The notes beneath the pieces are model-generated. The model was not told where the DNA came from. It saw only the letters and a list, made by a program, of their open reading frames with translations, and searched no databases. This document shows, one piece after another, positions 62,390 to 64,000 of a stretch of DNA of 64,000 nucleotides; the first letter of the stretch is position 1, and each line of letters starts with the position of its first letter. The stretch comes from Octopus sinensis (lineage: Eukaryota), in the NCBI RefSeq assembly GCF_006345805.1, contig NC_042997.1:26536001-26600000 (forward strand), read 5' to 3'. A program made the translations under genes and the position numbers.

Positions 62390-62891
62390 TAAAAATTGCA
62401 ATGAAGAACATCCTTTAGTGAAAATGATAAGAGCGTAAACAGGTTGGTAAAAAGTGATTTTATTTTTCACTGATGTTTATTTAGAAAAATATATTTTTTT
62501 AACGAACTGTTTTTGAAAAGTGGAAGTTTCAAATATTTTTTTAAAACTCAACTTGTGAAAACACTCTTACATTTTTACAGTGAAACTTTTATATATAGAA
62601 ACAATTTCAAGTAGAAACATGAAATTTTTATTCCCACACACATACACCGACACACACACATAAATATATATATAGAGAGGTAATGAGAAGTAATGGTGTC
62701 AATAAGACCCAAAGGTGTCAGGTAATGCTGAGTAAATGCTATGGACAGACTATAGTTAAGCTCCAGGTTCGGTGATTATGCGAATGAGGAGTCCAATGTA
62801 GGTCATATATCAGCATGCGTATATATAAAAAAATTAACTGAATGAGATAAAAATCCAAGGTTGTGAAAGATTTCAGAACATTTATAAACAG

Positions 62892-62939
62892 ATCTTACGG
62901 CTGTTTCCGGGATATTTTATATATCCCTTCATCGGAGAC
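62892..62939 (-). ncRNA. Minimal type I hammerhead-like motif, family H
   Basis: Minus strand GTCT-CCGATGA-A-GGGATAT[ATAAA]ATATCCC-G-GAAA-C-AGCC-GTA-AGAT; U4 is C, loop AGCC instead of the palindromic AGCT. Confidence 0.65.
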
Positions 62940-64000
62940 GGTGTGACACAATGGTTAAGCAATAGTTATTCTAGATAACACATGAAGTAGAGTGAAGTGG
63001 AAGAATGAAAATAGACATGTGATATGTAGGGATATTTTATGTGTAGTTCCATTATCTAAGCAGAATGGTATATATATAAGATTCCTGTAGCTTGTGAGTA
63101 AGTCCCAATAGTATTTAAAATTAGTCATTCCAAGCATAGAGTTTGTAAACGGTGTTATTGAATCGAGGGATTTTTTAAAGTGATTTAAAAGTTGGGAATG
63201 CATTTGTAAGGTCCAATCAAAAACAGGAAGAGAGGAAAAAGAAAAGAAAACAAGAAGAGCGTGGAGAGAGACAATAAAGAAATGAAGAGAGTGAAAGTGG
63301 ACTGGTTAGTGGTTAGTCAAGATAAATTGATAGAAGGAATGGGGGGGGGAGGTGAGTGTGATAGATAGAGAAAGGTATGAGAGTGTAAAGAGATGAGATG
63401 GTAAAGAGTAAAGGAGTGTCAGGTAGAAGTAATGGGGAGTGAGGGTGATGGAGAGAGAAAGGTATGGAAGATATATGAGAAAAAGGTATGAAAAATAGTC
63501 ATACACATCAACACGTACTCATATGTATATGTACATACGCAAACCTATATATACGTGTATCTATATGTATTATCACCTCTGAACATGCAGGTATGTGTAC
63601 CTTGCACACACACACACACACATACACACACACGTACATACGTACGTACTCATATACATAGAAATATAATTAAATGATTGTGATATTCGAGTATGAAAGA
63701 GGATATTCGAGTGTGAAAGAGGGATTAGTAGTTAGAATGTAGATTTATAAGGTTATTAGGGTTAGCTAAGGGATATTGTGGAAATATACTGTATGGTCAT
63801 TTAGGCATTTTGATTTGTGGTAGAATTTGAATGTGTGTAAAAGCGGTGGTTGCATGTGCTTAGTGCCTCAATATGTCTATTTAGCAGTGTTGGAGAGTTG
63901 TGCTTTAATATGTGAAGCGACGCCTTCTGAAAAAATTTTCAGGTTGAGCGTTGACCTCGGTAGGGAAGCCCTGAATCCAGTATGGACCATGATAGATTAT

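Overview
This is AT-rich, microsatellite-dense eukaryotic DNA, most likely from an octopus or other cephalopod. That assignment is an inference from the abundant tRNA-headed SINE families and repeat content, not a database result. I see no intact, confidently identifiable host gene, rRNA, tRNA gene or CRISPR array, and most ORF-track entries are translations of (CA)n/(TA)n/(ATT)n repeats or antisense shadows of transposons. The window is a transposon graveyard: at least four SINE families (several copies with target-site duplications), three mariner remnants, one Tc1 remnant, a 141-bp mariner-type MITE in two copies, CR1-type and RTE-like LINE remnants, four R4/Dong-type RLE retrotransposon fragments and a Penelope-like reverse transcriptase fragment. 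The most notable hidden structures are four. (1) A fully intact minimal type I hammerhead ribozyme at 3622-3714, plus a second hammerhead family (52121-52172 +, 62892-62939 -, relic near 33.6 kb), all matching the palindromic-loop, dimer-type architecture known from Penelope-like elements. (2) A same-orientation array at 21.5-25.2 kb of Dong fragments and a non-coding element separated by trinucleotide microsatellites, sharing an 11-nt 3' motif. (3) (TA)n-centred inverted duplications, the largest about 385 bp. (4) One unexplained 140-codon minus-strand ORF with a splice-acceptor-like site. Coordinates were counted by hand and element edges are approximate unless a TSD/TIR is given.
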